From NCBI GenBank assembly GCA_029288805.1, contig JARIGO010000022.1, forward strand, positions 30,754 to 94,753: DNA of 64,000 nt, given 5' to 3'. Position numbers and translations under genes: made by a program. The stretch's first letter is position 1; each line of letters opens with the position of its first letter. Under the pieces are notes generated by a model. That model was not told the origin of the DNA. It ran no database searches and worked only from the letters and a program-made list of their open reading frames with translations. Positions 19,879 through 30,240 of this stretch are shown piece by piece. The DNA is from Candidatus Nomurabacteria bacterium (GTDB taxonomy: Bacteria > Patescibacteriota > Minisyncoccia > Phycocordibacterales > UBA9973).

Positions 19879-19911
19879 AAAAGACCCTCGTACAAAGTAC
19901 AGGGTCTTTTT
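19879..19911. terminator. Bidirectional terminator
   Basis: AAAAGACCCT...AGGGTCTTTTT. Confidence 0.7.
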
Positions 19912-19912
19912 G

Positions 19913-20479
19913 TTAGGCAGCTATATGCCTTAATTCATCATAAATGTCCGGAGCAACCTCTTGAACAGCGGCTTCCCAGGCTTTTACCACTTCCGTTTCG
20001 GCGGCATAATGCTGTTTTGAAAAGTTAAACACCCTGAAAAAGTTATACTTCATATCTTCGGGATAGTTTCTCAAAGAGAGCATCGTGCGGCTGAACATTT
20101 TTTGAGTAGCAAATGCCTCAATGGCAGTTTGTGGATAGCCCATAAATGCTCCATACAAACGATGGTAATGGCTTTTAACAGAAGTTACCTTTGAACCTTC
20201 CTCAACAAGTTTGTAGAAATTTACCATGTTTTCGTAGGTATCGCTGATGCAAACGGTCGCCCTATAAGCGTCACTTACGTTCTTTTCCTTTTTTAGGCAA
20301 TCGCAATGCAACCCAATGGTTCTAAGGGTTCTGAGAACATGGAGCGCAGGATCGTTGTAGGAAAACAAATCAAGTTCCACGCCTGAGCGATATCCTAACA
20401 GCAGTAATACAATCATGGCTTTAGGCTGAGATCCAATGCTTAGGTTCTGCAATAGCTGAATTTTTTCTTTAGTTGTCAT
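19913..20479 (-). CDS. Hypothetical protein
   Basis: 188-aa ORF with a G..MGYP..AI.AF motif, inserted between lysS and cysS. Confidence 0.7.
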   Translation of the reverse strand: MTTKEKIQLLQNLSIGSQPKAMIVLLLLGYRSGVELDLFSYNDPALHVLRTLRTIGLHCDCLKKEKNVSDAYRATVCISDTYENMVNFYKLVEEGSKVTSVKSHYHRLYGAFMGYPQTAIEAFATQKMFSRTMLSLRNYPEDMKYNFFRVFNFSKQHYAAETEVVKAWEAAVQEVAPDIYDELRHIAA

Positions 20480-20521
20480 GGGATATAATTTTTCCCAATT
20501 TTACCTCATTTACACGATATG

Positions 20522-21991
20522 TCAATTATCTTGACGTGGCTTGAGTAGCGGAAAGAGCTGTGTCTCGCGAAGTGGCTTGTCCACCAAAAAAGCAAAGAAT
20601 CGTTCCCCGCCAATACCAAATCCAAAGGCTGGAGGCATGCCGTGTTCAAGCATCTCCACAAATTCATCATCTGACATCATGGCCTCTTCATCCCCTGACT
20701 CAATGAGTTGTTTTTGCAATGCAAAGCGTTCTGCCTGGTCCACTGGATCGTTTAATTCTGAGAAGCCATTGGTACATTCCGCACCCGCCAGGATAAGTTG
20801 TACACGTTCCGTAAGAAGTGGGTTTTCGGGCTTGGCTTTTGCCAATGGAGATACAAGCTTTGGCACGTCAATAAGCCATGCTGGTCCACTAATTTGCTTA
20901 CGGCAGTATTTCCATAATGTATCGGTTAGACGTTCTTTATTAGCTCCCTTATAGCTCACGCCAAGCTCTGCGAGTTTCGCCTTCATTTCATCTTCGGTCG
21001 CTTCAAGAACATTGATTCCAGTTTTTTCCAACACAATATCTACGTATGAAATGCGAGGCCATTCTGGAGCAGAAAGATCAAAAGAATGTCCGCGAGTATT
21101 GAATTGCAATGTACCGAATGTCTGTTCCACTACCGTCTTAAGCATACGCTCTGTAAACTCAATGCCTTTATTGTAATCCATGTACGCTGCATAAAATTCC
21201 ATGTTGGTGAATTCTTGCAAATGCTCTGGACTGGAACCTTCGTTACGGTAGACACGACCGATTTCAAACACTTTTGGAAAACCGGCTGCTAGTAAACGTT
21301 TCTGCCATAATTCACCTACTGAAATACGCATGTACACATCCATATCAAAGTCATTATGATGTGCTTGAAATGGTCGCGCTTCTGCCCCACCGGTTGTGAC
21401 TTCAAGCGTTGGTGTTTCTACTTCCAGGAAGTCTTCATTAATCAAAAAATTGCGAATGCTCTGCCAAAACTTTGCCTTCTTGATAAACATGTCACGCAAG
21501 TCAGTGTTTTGGAGAATATCCAAGTATCGCTTCCGGTAGCGCTCATCATCATCCTTCAGGCCATACCATGCATCAGGAATAGGACGAAGACTTTTTGTCA
21601 GCATCTTCCAATCCTGCACAAAGATACTTTGCGCGCCCCGCTGGGTGGTATATGCAGTACCGATCACTTCCACGAAGTCACCGATGTCTACAGTATCAAC
21701 AAATAAATCATAAATGGACTTATCCATTTCATCAGCCTTAAAGAATGCCTGGATTTTGCCAGTACCATCATAGATATCACAAAACGTAATGCCGCCCTGG
21801 CCACGCTTGCTCATGATACGTCCTGCCAATGTAACAATATCCTTGCCTGATTCATACAAGTTGAATCGGTCAATAAACAACGCAATGGTGTCAGTGCGAT
21901 GTGTTTCAGCTGGATATGGATTAATGCCCTGTTCTTCCAATAACGCTTTCTTTTTCAGACGATCTGCCCGGAGTTCTTCTAGTGATGCCAT
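20522..21991 (-). CDS. lysS: Lysyl-tRNA synthetase, class II
   Basis: RYRKRYLD, GGAEARPF, YRNEG and HGMPP motifs. Confidence 0.97.
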   Translation of the reverse strand: MASLEELRADRLKKKALLEEQGINPYPAETHRTDTIALFIDRFNLYESGKDIVTLAGRIMSKRGQGGITFCDIYDGTGKIQAFFKADEMDKSIYDLFVDTVDIGDFVEVIGTAYTTQRGAQSIFVQDWKMLTKSLRPIPDAWYGLKDDDERYRKRYLDILQNTDLRDMFIKKAKFWQSIRNFLINEDFLEVETPTLEVTTGGAEARPFQAHHNDFDMDVYMRISVGELWQKRLLAAGFPKVFEIGRVYRNEGSSPEHLQEFTNMEFYAAYMDYNKGIEFTERMLKTVVEQTFGTLQFNTRGHSFDLSAPEWPRISYVDIVLEKTGINVLEATEDEMKAKLAELGVSYKGANKERLTDTLWKYCRKQISGPAWLIDVPKLVSPLAKAKPENPLLTERVQLILAGAECTNGFSELNDPVDQAERFALQKQLIESGDEEAMMSDDEFVEMLEHGMPPAFGFGIGGERFFAFLVDKPLRETQLFPLLKPRQDN

Positions 21992-22006
21992 ATGGTACTC
22001 AGTATA

Positions 22007-23074
22007 CTATATTCCTTCCTTTTTTAGTTCCTCTATCACCTCCTTGGCATGTTTGGAAAGTTTTTCCGGCAAGGTAATGTTCAACTTCACGATGAAGTTT
22101 CCTCGTTTTGAACCATGAGGTACGCCAAAATGTTTCAACACTACCGTGTCGCCAATCTTAGTACCAGCAGGTACGGCAACAGTCTGCTGACCATCTAATG
22201 TTTCAACTGCATAGGTTGCTCCCAGCAATGCGTCAGTAAGCTTAATAGAAAGCGTGCTGGTAAGGTCGTTTCCATTGCGAACAATTGTCTTATGAGGTGT
22301 CACTGAAACACGGACGTACAAATCTCCTGATGGGCCGCCTTTGATAGCCTCACCCATACCTTGCAAGCGAAGTGTCTCACCGTTTTGAATGCCGGCAGGT
22401 ACTGACACCTTGATAGTGCGAGGTTCATTTACGACACCCTTACCCTTACATGTCTGACATGCTTCATCGGGAATCTTTCCAGTACCGTCACACTTATTAC
22501 AAATCTGTGTAGTAGCAATAGAGCCGAGAATGGTACGCTGTACGCTTTTTACTACACCGTTACCATTACACTGATCACAGGTGTGAAGCTTGGTGCCAGG
22601 CTTTGCGCCATCACCATGACAGGTATTACACGTTGAGGGCTTGGTAATGCGAAGTTCCTTTTCAACGCCAAAGATGGACTCCTTGAAGTCGAGCGCAATG
22701 CTGGTTTGCAAATCCGCACCACGACGATTCTTGGCACGACGACTGCCGCCACCAAACATCTCTCCGAAAATATCGCCCATATCAAAACCGAATCCACCAT
22801 CCTGTGTGAACTGTGAGAAATCAAACCCATCAAAGCCGCCACTGTATCCGCCTCCACCCATTTGTGGTCCCGCGGATCCAAACTGGTCGTACTGAGCGCG
22901 CTTGTTGTCATCAGACAGTATCTGATACGCCTCATTCACTTCTTTGAATTTCTTGTCATCACCGCCATTTTTATCAGGGTGATGCTTATGAGCAAGCTTG
23001 TGAAAAGCCTTTTTGATCTCTTCTTTTGAAGCCTTTTTTTCCACTCCCAAAATATTGTAATAGTCTTTACCCAT
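22007..23074 (-). CDS. dnaJ: Chaperone DnaJ
   Basis: HPD J-domain, G/F region and four CxxCxGxG repeats; start moved to MGKDYY. Confidence 0.97.
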   Translation of the reverse strand: MGKDYYNILGVEKKASKEEIKKAFHKLAHKHHPDKNGGDDKKFKEVNEAYQILSDDNKRAQYDQFGSAGPQMGGGGYSGGFDGFDFSQFTQDGGFGFDMGDIFGEMFGGGSRRAKNRRGADLQTSIALDFKESIFGVEKELRITKPSTCNTCHGDGAKPGTKLHTCDQCNGNGVVKSVQRTILGSIATTQICNKCDGTGKIPDEACQTCKGKGVVNEPRTIKVSVPAGIQNGETLRLQGMGEAIKGGPSGDLYVRVSVTPHKTIVRNGNDLTSTLSIKLTDALLGATYAVETLDGQQTVAVPAGTKIGDTVVLKHFGVPHGSKRGNFIVKLNITLPEKLSKHAKEVIEELKKEGI

Positions 23075-23091
23075 ATGTCTAATTATACCAT

Positions 23092-23122
23092 GCAAAACAG
23101 CCGCTAAATGCGGCCGTTTTGC
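23092..23122 (-). terminator. Hairpin/terminator after the micro-ORF
   Basis: GCAAAACAGCCGC-TAAAT-GCGGCCGTTTTGC. Confidence 0.6.
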
Positions 23123-23145
23123 GAGATTTAGCTAATAAGTACGTA

Positions 23146-23223
23146 TTATCGGTGTCGAAGAGAAACTGTCTTCCCTTCTGCCTTTCGCTTTTTCTTTGCA
23201 GCTACTTTGCGCTTCTTGTTCAT
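23146..23223 (-). CDS. 25-aa highly basic peptide MNKKRKVAAKKKRKAEGKTVSLRHR
   Basis: Hand-translated; TGaTATAGT lies 9 nt before the ATG and a hairpin follows. Confidence 0.6.
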   Translation of the reverse strand: MNKKRKVAAKKKRKAEGKTVSLRHR

Positions 23224-23245
23224 AGTGCGAACACTATATCACAGA

Positions 23246-25132
23246 CTAGGCAGAAGCGGTAGTGTCTTCTGCGGCCGCATCCTTTGCTTCTCCCTCTGAA
23301 GCCTGCCCTTCCGCTGGCTGAGATTCAGCATTTTGCTTATTCATGTATTCACCGATCTTCTGCATTTCAGTTGAAAGCTCGTGAATCTTTGCCTCGATAG
23401 CCGCCTTGTCTGTACCGTCCTTTGTAGTGCGAAGCTCGGCGATTTTTGCATTCACGCCCGTCTTAATATCTTCAGGAATCTTGTCCGCATTATCCTGTAA
23501 TGCCTTTTCTGCAGTGAAGATATTCATGTCCGCAGTGTTCTTCACGTCAGCAAGCATTTTCTTTTCCTCATCTTCCTTGGCATGCAGTTCCGCATCCTTC
23601 TTCATGCGTTCGATATCATCCGGAGTAAGACCTGATGATGCTTCGATACGAATGGTCTGTTCCTTGCCGGAAGCCTTATCAAGTGCCTTCACGTTCAAGA
23701 TACCGTTAGCGTCAACATCGAATGACACTTCAATCTGTGGCATGCCGCGTGGTGCTGGTGGAATACCATCAAGCACAAAGCGTCCCAAGGACTTATTGTC
23801 AGCCGCCATCGGACGTTCACCCTGCACAATGTGAATTTCCACACTGGTTTGGTTGTCTGAAGCGGTTGAGAAGACCTGTGACTTTGATGACGGGATAGTT
23901 GTATTGCGTTCAATCAGTTTTGTCGCAACATTTCCCATGGTTTCAATACCGAGTGAAAGCGGAATAACATCCAAGAGCAAGACATCCTTCACGTCACCTT
24001 GCAATACACCGGCCTGAACAGCGGCACCGAGTGCTACCACTTCATCAGGGTTAATAGTGAGGTTTGGTTCCTTACCGAAGTACTTCTTCACTTCTTCAAC
24101 GATTTTTGGCATGCGAGTCTGGCCACCAACCAAAATTACTTCGTTGATGTCTGCAATCTTAAATCCAGACGCATCAAGTGCACGCTTTGTGATTTCGATA
24201 GAGCGAGTCACGAATTCTTCAGCCAATGATTCAAGCTGAGCGCGAGTCATTTTGATGAGCAAGTGCTGAGGTCCTGCATCAGTAGAAGTAATGAATGGAA
24301 TGTTGATTTCAGTTTCAAGCGTTGTTGAAAGTTCGATCTTTGCCTTTTCTGCCGCCTCATCAAGACGCTGCAATGCAAGCGGGTCACCCATGACATCAAT
24401 ACCGCTTTGCTTCTTGAATTCACCAGCGATCCAATTCATGATCTTCAAGTCGATATCACGACCGCCCATCATAGAGTCACCGTCAGTAGACTTCACTTCG
24501 ATGACATCATCAGACACTTCAAGAACGGATACGTCGAACGTACCTCCACCAAGGTCGAAGATCACGATCTTTTCATCCTTCTTTGTGTTCAGACCGTATG
24601 CGAGTGCAGCCGCTGTTGGTTCGTTGATGATACGCTTCACATCGAGACCGGCAATAGCTCCGGCATCCTTTGTTGCCTTACGCTGTGCATCGTCGAAGTA
24701 TGCAGGCACGGTGATGATAGCTTCGGTGATTTTCTCACCAAGCTTCGCTTCCACGTCTGCTTTGATCTTTTGCAGGATCATGGCAGATACTTCTTCGGGA
24801 CGGTAATTCTTATCGCCAAGCTTTACTAGAATGCCCCCATCAGGCCCTTTTGAAACCTGAAATGGAGAAGTCTTGATAACTTTATCCATGCCATGGTCGT
24901 CATACTTGTGACCCATGAAGCGCTTAATACCATAAATAGTATTCTGCGGATTGGTAATAGCCTGACGCTTTGCGAGCAAGCCAACAAGAATGTCGCCGTT
25001 CTTACCTTGCGCCACAATAGAAGGCGTTGTGCGTGCCCCTTCAATATTTTCAATAATTTTTGGCTGTCCACCTTCAATGATGGCAACAGCTGAGTTTGTA
25101 GTTCCTAAGTCAATTCCGATTATTTTAGCCAT
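23246..25132 (-). CDS. dnaK: Chaperone DnaK
   Basis: [15 protein letters not shown] and DLGGGTFD motifs. Confidence 0.98.
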   Translation of the reverse strand: MAKIIGIDLGTTNSAVAIIEGGQPKIIENIEGARTTPSIVAQGKNGDILVGLLAKRQAITNPQNTIYGIKRFMGHKYDDHGMDKVIKTSPFQVSKGPDGGILVKLGDKNYRPEEVSAMILQKIKADVEAKLGEKITEAIITVPAYFDDAQRKATKDAGAIAGLDVKRIINEPTAAALAYGLNTKKDEKIVIFDLGGGTFDVSVLEVSDDVIEVKSTDGDSMMGGRDIDLKIMNWIAGEFKKQSGIDVMGDPLALQRLDEAAEKAKIELSTTLETEINIPFITSTDAGPQHLLIKMTRAQLESLAEEFVTRSIEITKRALDASGFKIADINEVILVGGQTRMPKIVEEVKKYFGKEPNLTINPDEVVALGAAVQAGVLQGDVKDVLLLDVIPLSLGIETMGNVATKLIERNTTIPSSKSQVFSTASDNQTSVEIHIVQGERPMAADNKSLGRFVLDGIPPAPRGMPQIEVSFDVDANGILNVKALDKASGKEQTIRIEASSGLTPDDIERMKKDAELHAKEDEEKKMLADVKNTADMNIFTAEKALQDNADKIPEDIKTGVNAKIAELRTTKDGTDKAAIEAKIHELSTEMQKIGEYMNKQNAESQPAEGQASEGEAKDAAAEDTTASA

Positions 25133-25217
25133 ATTATGTTTAAAGAATTACGTTATTAATTTCAGTTTAAATTCAGTACTAATCTGTATTTCCTAAGTCA
25201 GTCCTTTCTATTGAATT

Positions 25218-25264
25218 TACAAGTATAACGTAGTTATACTTGTATTCCGCGATCGCGAAATACA
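25218..25264. promoter_or_regulatory. Tandem palindromic operator candidates
   Basis: TACAAGTATAAC-GTA-GTTATACTTGTA and TGTATTCCGCGA/TCGCGAAATACA (one mismatch). Confidence 0.6.
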
Positions 25265-25303
25265 TGTTGATAGTATACCAATCTTCTGATACTATGCAAG
25301 TAT

Positions 25304-25849
25304 ATGGAACAGAGAAAACCCAAACCAAACTATTCAAAGAGAATATTGGCTCTTTTGGGTAACAAACCTGCTATTTCTATAGCCGATTTAGAGGAAAATC
25401 TTATATCCTCGCTCACGCTATCTAATGCTAAGCATGCGCTAAAGCGCTCGCTTAGAGGCCTAGAAGAGGCAGGATTGATCGAAACCCACCATTCTGGACA
25501 GCAGACCTATTCCCGCCTGACGCGTGAAGGTAAACGCAAGGCATACAGCATTAGTCTGGATCATGAAAATACCGTTTTTAACCCGGCATGGGACGGCAAA
25601 TGGCGCATTGTCCTGCTCGACCTTTCCGAAGACCGCAAATCAGAACGCGAAGGCCTCCGTTATCTCCTCAAAAAAGCCGGCTTTATGTTGCTCAAAAATT
25701 CTGTTTGGATCTCCCCGTATCCGTTCGAGCATCTTTTTATGAACATCAAAAAAGACCTCGGGCTAACAACAGAACTAATGATCTTTGTGACAGATACATT
25801 AGACCCGGAAACAGAAGCAGCCTTTACTGAATTATTAAATCGTCTGTAA
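25304..25849 (+). CDS. PaaX-like transcriptional regulator (wHTH plus Cas2-like ferredoxin fold)
   Basis: LTREG...WDGKWRIVLLD...R..LR..LK..GF..L..SVWISPY. Confidence 0.85.
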   Translation: MEQRKPKPNYSKRILALLGNKPAISIADLEENLISSLTLSNAKHALKRSLRGLEEAGLIETHHSGQQTYSRLTREGKRKAYSISLDHENTVFNPAWDGKWRIVLLDLSEDRKSEREGLRYLLKKAGFMLLKNSVWISPYPFEHLFMNIKKDLGLTTELMIFVTDTLDPETEAAFTELLNRL

Positions 25850-25923
25850 CAAAAGCGCAACATATGGCGTATGTATCAATATGGGTATACACCCTGTTTT
25901 AGTACTTAATCCAACATACATCT

Positions 25924-26247
25924 ATGTCTACAATAGTAAATAATCCGAATGGAACGAGTGATAATGGAAACGGTCTTGGTGTCCTCTTGGTAATCATTGT
26001 AATTCTTATAGTAGGCTTTCTTATTTACCGATTTGGCTTTGCTTCAAGCAGAACATCAGCTACGCCGTCTACCATTAATGTCAGCGTTCCTGACAACTCT
26101 AGTGGCAACGGATCCGGCGGAAGCTCCCCTGCCCAGCCGCAGAGTAGTACCACTACCACACAGCAAACCAGCACTCAGCCTTCGACTTCAAATCCAGCAC
26201 AGCAGACCAACAGCACTTCAAGTAGCACAACTACCACTACGCACTAA
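25924..26247 (+). CDS. Small single-TM protein with an S/T/Q-rich tail
   Basis: One hydrophobic helix and a low-complexity C-terminus. Confidence 0.7.
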   Translation: MSTIVNNPNGTSDNGNGLGVLLVIIVILIVGFLIYRFGFASSRTSATPSTINVSVPDNSSGNGSGGSSPAQPQSSTTTTQQTSTQPSTSNPAQQTNSTSSSTTTTTH

Positions 26248-26255
26248 TCACCAGA

Positions 26256-26294
26256 ATAAAAATCTCCGAGAGTTTAACTCTCGGAGATTTTTAT
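26256..26294. terminator. Bidirectional terminator
   Basis: ATAAAAATCTCCGAGAGTT-T-AACTCTCGGAGATTTTTAT. Confidence 0.8.
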
Positions 26295-26297
26295 ATG

Positions 26298-26918
26298 CTA
26301 TTTAACTTTATATACTGACACTCTCGCTGCTCGCAATACGGTATTGCCCAATTTGTACCCCTGCTGCAAGACTGCAGAGATTTTGTGTTCGAGTAATGCG
26401 TCAGTGGTTTCTGTTTCAGACACTGCTTCATGAAGCGCAGGATCAAAGGTTTCCCCTACCGCACCAAAGGCTGTGAAGTTACGATCCTTCAATACCGTCA
26501 TAAGCTGCTGATAGATGTATTCCACACCAGTGCGCCAGTTAGCATCAACTTTCTCCCATGCTTCCTTATTGCTCATAGCCATAGAGAAACTATCGACAAC
26601 CGGTATCAATTCCTCAATAAAATTTTCCTCTATCAAGCCGCGCATGCGCTTACGATCCTCTTCCTGGCTTTTCTGCAGGTTGGCATAGTCCGCACGTGAA
26701 CGCTGCCAGCCATCCAGGTACTCCTGCTTTTCTTTTGTAAGCAGAGCGATTTTTTCTCTGAGATCCTTCGTCTTCTTGGCACCTCCGAGGGCATTTCCCT
26801 CCTCATCGCTCGCCTCAAATACCATATCCGCATCCTGGTCAATTTCCGTATGGGTAGCCACGTTTGGCGCCTCAATCTCGTCTGATTGCACTACTGAATT
26901 GTATTCATCGTCTTTCAT
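26298..26918 (-). CDS. grpE: Nucleotide exchange factor GrpE
   Basis: RADYAN, FDPALHEAV and GY.L...VLRAARV motifs; start moved to MKDDE. Confidence 0.94.
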   Translation of the reverse strand: MKDDEYNSVVQSDEIEAPNVATHTEIDQDADMVFEASDEEGNALGGAKKTKDLREKIALLTKEKQEYLDGWQRSRADYANLQKSQEEDRKRMRGLIEENFIEELIPVVDSFSMAMSNKEAWEKVDANWRTGVEYIYQQLMTVLKDRNFTAFGAVGETFDPALHEAVSETETTDALLEHKISAVLQQGYKLGNTVLRAARVSVYKVK

Positions 26919-26977
26919 ATGGTTGATTATACAAAAAAGCACAAACAAAAACACCCCTTTCGGGATGTTGTTTGTTT

Positions 26978-27376
26978 TTAACGCTTTGACCACTGTGGGG
27001 CCTTGCGAGCTTTCTTGAGACCGAACTTGCGGCGTTCCTTTGAACGAGGATCGCGCTTGAGGAATCCTTCCTGCTTGAGCTTTGTCTTGTCAGACTCATC
27101 CTCTACAACGAGAGCACGAGCGAGACCGTGACGTACAGCTTCTGCTTGAGAGTGGATACCACTGCCCTTTACGTGTACAGATACAGCGTATGCCTTATCT
27201 GCAATCTTGAAAGGATCAGTAACGATCTTTTGCAATTCTTCTGTTGGGAAGTATGTAGCAAGATCCTTATCGTTGATCACATAGCTGGCCTTGGTAGCTG
27301 CACTGATGCGTACGCGTGCAGTTGCAGTCTTACGTCGTCCAATTGTTTCTGTATATTGTTTCTTTGTAGTAGCCAT
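26978..27376 (-). CDS. rpsI: 30S ribosomal protein S9
   Basis: GRRKTATARV and KARKAPQWSKR motifs. Confidence 0.97.
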   Translation of the reverse strand: MATTKKQYTETIGRRKTATARVRISAATKASYVINDKDLATYFPTEELQKIVTDPFKIADKAYAVSVHVKGSGIHSQAEAVRHGLARALVVEDESDKTKLKQEGFLKRDPRSKERRKFGLKKARKAPQWSKR

Positions 27377-27380
27377 AATG

Positions 27381-27725
27381 TTATTCAGTGATAGTGAGAG
27401 CTTTCATCATCCCATTCTTAAGCTTGTTATCAGGAAGCATACCCTTTACGGCAATACTGATTGCTTCTTTGTATCCTTTCTTTTCGACTGTGTGAGCCAT
27501 ACTCAACTGCTTCAAGCCACCTGGATAACCAGAGAATCGGTTATAAAACTTTTCCTGAAGTTTCTTTGGAGAAACCTTAAGCTTGCCTGCGTTGATAACG
27601 GTAACAGTGTTACCTGAAAGCGCATTGCGAGCGAAGTCAGTCTTGTCCTTGCCAATAAGCAAAGCAGCTACTTCTGAAGCGAGACGACCGAGTGATTTGT
27701 TTGTTGCATCAATAGTGTGGTTCAT
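27381..27725 (-). CDS. rplM: 50S ribosomal protein L13 (short form)
   Basis: IDA...LGRLAS, SGYPGGLK and GMLP motifs. Confidence 0.95.
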   Translation of the reverse strand: MNHTIDATNKSLGRLASEVAALLIGKDKTDFARNALSGNTVTVINAGKLKVSPKKLQEKFYNRFSGYPGGLKQLSMAHTVEKKGYKEAISIAVKGMLPDNKLKNGMMKALTITE

Positions 27726-27729
27726 ATAA

Positions 27730-28083
27730 TTATAGGAGTTCAATTAGAGCCATTGGACTTGCATCTTCCTTGCGAGGAGCAAGCTTGACGATACGAGTGT
27801 ATCCACCTGCTCGTTCTGTGTAGCGAGGAGCAATGTCGCTGATAAGCTTACTAACAACAGTTTCGTTGTTGTAAAAACCAGCAAGCAACAAACGGCGAGC
27901 TGCAAGAGTAGGATTCTTGGCCTTAGTAATAAGCTTTTCAATATTTGGGCGGAGTTCCTTTGCCTTTGCTTCAGTAGTCACGATACGACCATGAAGAACA
28001 AGCGAAGCTGCTAGGCCCTTGAGAAGCGCGTGACGCTGATTGCTTGAGCGTCCGAATTTTCGATTGGCATTGTGATGTCTCAT
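27730..28083 (-). CDS. rplQ: 50S ribosomal protein L17
   Basis: MRHH, TTEAKAKELR and GGYTRI motifs. Confidence 0.97.
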   Translation of the reverse strand: MRHHNANRKFGRSSNQRHALLKGLAASLVLHGRIVTTEAKAKELRPNIEKLITKAKNPTLAARRLLLAGFYNNETVVSKLISDIAPRYTERAGGYTRIVKLAPRKEDASPMALIELL

Positions 28084-28117
28084 AATGGTTTACGTTAAGT
28101 TCCGAGAGTATACGGTA

Positions 28118-29122
28118 TTAGTCCTTTAAAGACAAGTTGAACTGAGCAAGGGCTTCTTTGATTTCAGTAATACCTTTATCGCCGATACCGTCGATTTCAA
28201 GAAGGTCGTCTACACGCTTGCGTGCAATACCACCAACAGTACGAATGTTTGCAGCTGAAAGCGCATTCAATGTACGAGTTGAAAGTCCGATACTGTCGAT
28301 ACGATTTTTCAATACGTCAGTAACATCTACTGCTTCCTCATCAGATGCAGCTGTTTCTTCGTCTGAAATCATAGAATCCATTACTGGAGCCTTTGCAGTT
28401 GTCTGTGCTTGTATGTCAGCAATGATCTTTCCACTATCAACTGAGATGATAGCTGCAAGTTGTTCAATCATTGTCTGTACTGATGTTTCAAGAGCTTCTC
28501 GAGGAGAAAGTGTGCCATCAGTTTCGATTGTAAGTCGAAGGCGGTTAAAGTTAGTCTTATCCCCCACACGCATTTCCTCTACGTCATAGCTCACGCGACG
28601 AATTGGAGAGAAAATTGCATCCAAGAAAATAGTACCAATATCTGCCTTCTGCTTGTGATGTGCATCACGAGGCACGAAGCCAAGACCACGTTCGATAGTG
28701 ATCTCAACATTCAAAGCGGCCTTACCGGTGATTTCACAAATGTACTGGTCTGTATTTGATACAGTTACTGCACCCTTGGCATTGATGTCAGCGGCAGTAA
28801 CGATCTTTGGTCCTTTTACTGAAAAAGAAACTTTTGCTGGCTCATCACCAACAAGCTGGAAGCGAACGTTTTTTAGGTTTAGCAAAATAGTGATAACGTC
28901 TTCCTTCACGCCTTCGATAGTAGAAAATTCGTGTGATACGCCATCGATTTTGATAGCGGTAATAGCTGCACCTGGAAGTGAAGAAAGGATGATGCGTCGT
29001 AGAGAGTTACCGAGTGTGTAACCGTATCCTGGAACCAAGCCATCTATTTCAAAGATGCCTTTGTTACCCTCTTCAAGTATTGCTTTTGGTTTTGATGGAA
29101 GAATGATTTTTTGCTCGCTCAT
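28118..29122 (-). CDS. rpoA: RNA polymerase alpha subunit
   Basis: GYGYTLGNSLRRIILSS and HEFSTIEGVKED motifs plus alpha-CTD; start MSEQK. Confidence 0.97.
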   Translation of the reverse strand: MSEQKIILPSKPKAILEEGNKGIFEIDGLVPGYGYTLGNSLRRIILSSLPGAAITAIKIDGVSHEFSTIEGVKEDVITILLNLKNVRFQLVGDEPAKVSFSVKGPKIVTAADINAKGAVTVSNTDQYICEITGKAALNVEITIERGLGFVPRDAHHKQKADIGTIFLDAIFSPIRRVSYDVEEMRVGDKTNFNRLRLTIETDGTLSPREALETSVQTMIEQLAAIISVDSGKIIADIQAQTTAKAPVMDSMISDEETAASDEEAVDVTDVLKNRIDSIGLSTRTLNALSAANIRTVGGIARKRVDDLLEIDGIGDKGITEIKEALAQFNLSLKD

Positions 29123-29173
29123 ATAGTGAAATATAGTACCATTATTTTGTAATTCGTGCAACTTTGTGTTCTA

Positions 29174-29785
29174 TTAACGACTGTAGAACTCAAGAACGGT
29201 TTCCAACTGAAGAAATGACTCTTCATTTTTTGGCTTAGCGACAACTTCTGCCTGAAGGGCTTCAGGGGTAAGCTTCAACCATTTTGGCCAAGTGTAATTT
29301 TTTACCTTAGTACTAAAATCCGTAAAGATTGGACTCTTGCGAGAACCTTCACGCACTGCAATAACATCTCCAACGTGTACGGCTTGTGACGCTACTGTAG
29401 ATTTCTTCCCATTGACGGTGAAGTGCCCATGAGAAACAAGCTGACGTGCGAAGCGACGAGTATGTGCAAAACCAAGACGGTATACAACGTTATCAAGACG
29501 ATTTTCTAGTTCTTCGAAGAGCTTGTCAGTTACAGGCATGCCCTTAACTGCAGTTGCACTTTTCACATAGTTTGAAAGCTGACGTTCACTGATACCATAT
29601 GAAAAACGCACCTTTTGCTTCTCAATAAGCTGGGTACCGAAACCAGACAATGCCTTTGGGCGCTTGCCTTTTCCTATCTTTGACTTCTTTGCTTCAGATA
29701 GGAGGTACTTTGGAGTCTGACACTTTTCGTACACACCAGCTCCAAGGCGACGACACATTTTGTATTTTGCTGCTACATTACTCAT
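29174..29785 (-). CDS. rpsD: 30S ribosomal protein S4
   Basis: EKQKVRFSYG, RLDNVVYRLG and ARQLVSHGH motifs. Confidence 0.97.
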   Translation of the reverse strand: MSNVAAKYKMCRRLGAGVYEKCQTPKYLLSEAKKSKIGKGKRPKALSGFGTQLIEKQKVRFSYGISERQLSNYVKSATAVKGMPVTDKLFEELENRLDNVVYRLGFAHTRRFARQLVSHGHFTVNGKKSTVASQAVHVGDVIAVREGSRKSPIFTDFSTKVKNYTWPKWLKLTPEALQAEVVAKPKNEESFLQLETVLEFYSR

Positions 29786-29800
29786 ACGTTTATATAATTA

Positions 29801-30235
29801 CTATACTCTTCGAGGCTTCTTTGCCTTAGGACCATTGTGAGGAACCGGTGTACGGTCCTTGATTGATAATAGTTCGATACCAGGTGCAACGAAGGCACGA
29901 ACCAATGGTTCACGTCCACTACCTACACCCTTGATCACTGCGTGTACTTCCTTGATACCAGCAGTTACGGCCTTTTCAGCCAATACTTCACCTACCTTTG
30001 AGGCAGCGAATGGAGTACCCTTTTTAGCACCCTTGAAGCCAAGTGAGCCAGATGAAGACCAGAAAAGGATATTTCCCTTTACGTCACTAACAACTGCCTT
30101 TGTATTGTTGAATGTTGCTTCAATAGCCAACACTGCTGTAGTGAGTTTCTTTTTTGGAGTGCGTCCAACAGCGCGACCGCGCTTGTCTGCGTCCACCAAT
30201 TGTCCTTCTTGAGTTGCAATTCGTTTCTTTCCCAT
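29801..30235 (-). CDS. rpsK: 30S ribosomal protein S11
   Basis: TFNNT, GFKGAKKGTPFAA and TPVPHNG motifs. Confidence 0.97.
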   Translation of the reverse strand: MGKKRIATQEGQLVDADKRGRAVGRTPKKKLTTAVLAIEATFNNTKAVVSDVKGNILFWSSSGSLGFKGAKKGTPFAASKVGEVLAEKAVTAGIKEVHAVIKGVGSGREPLVRAFVAPGIELLSIKDRTPVPHNGPKAKKPRRV

Positions 30236-30240
30236 ACTAA

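Noticed and set aside
25304-25849. Cas2-like domain suggesting a CRISPR-Cas locus
   Set aside because: The domain is part of a PaaX-like regulator, and no cas1 or repeat-spacer array was seen in the window.
25924-26247. S/T/Q-rich stretch as a tandem DNA repeat
   Set aside because: The low complexity is at the protein level only, with no periodic nucleotide unit.
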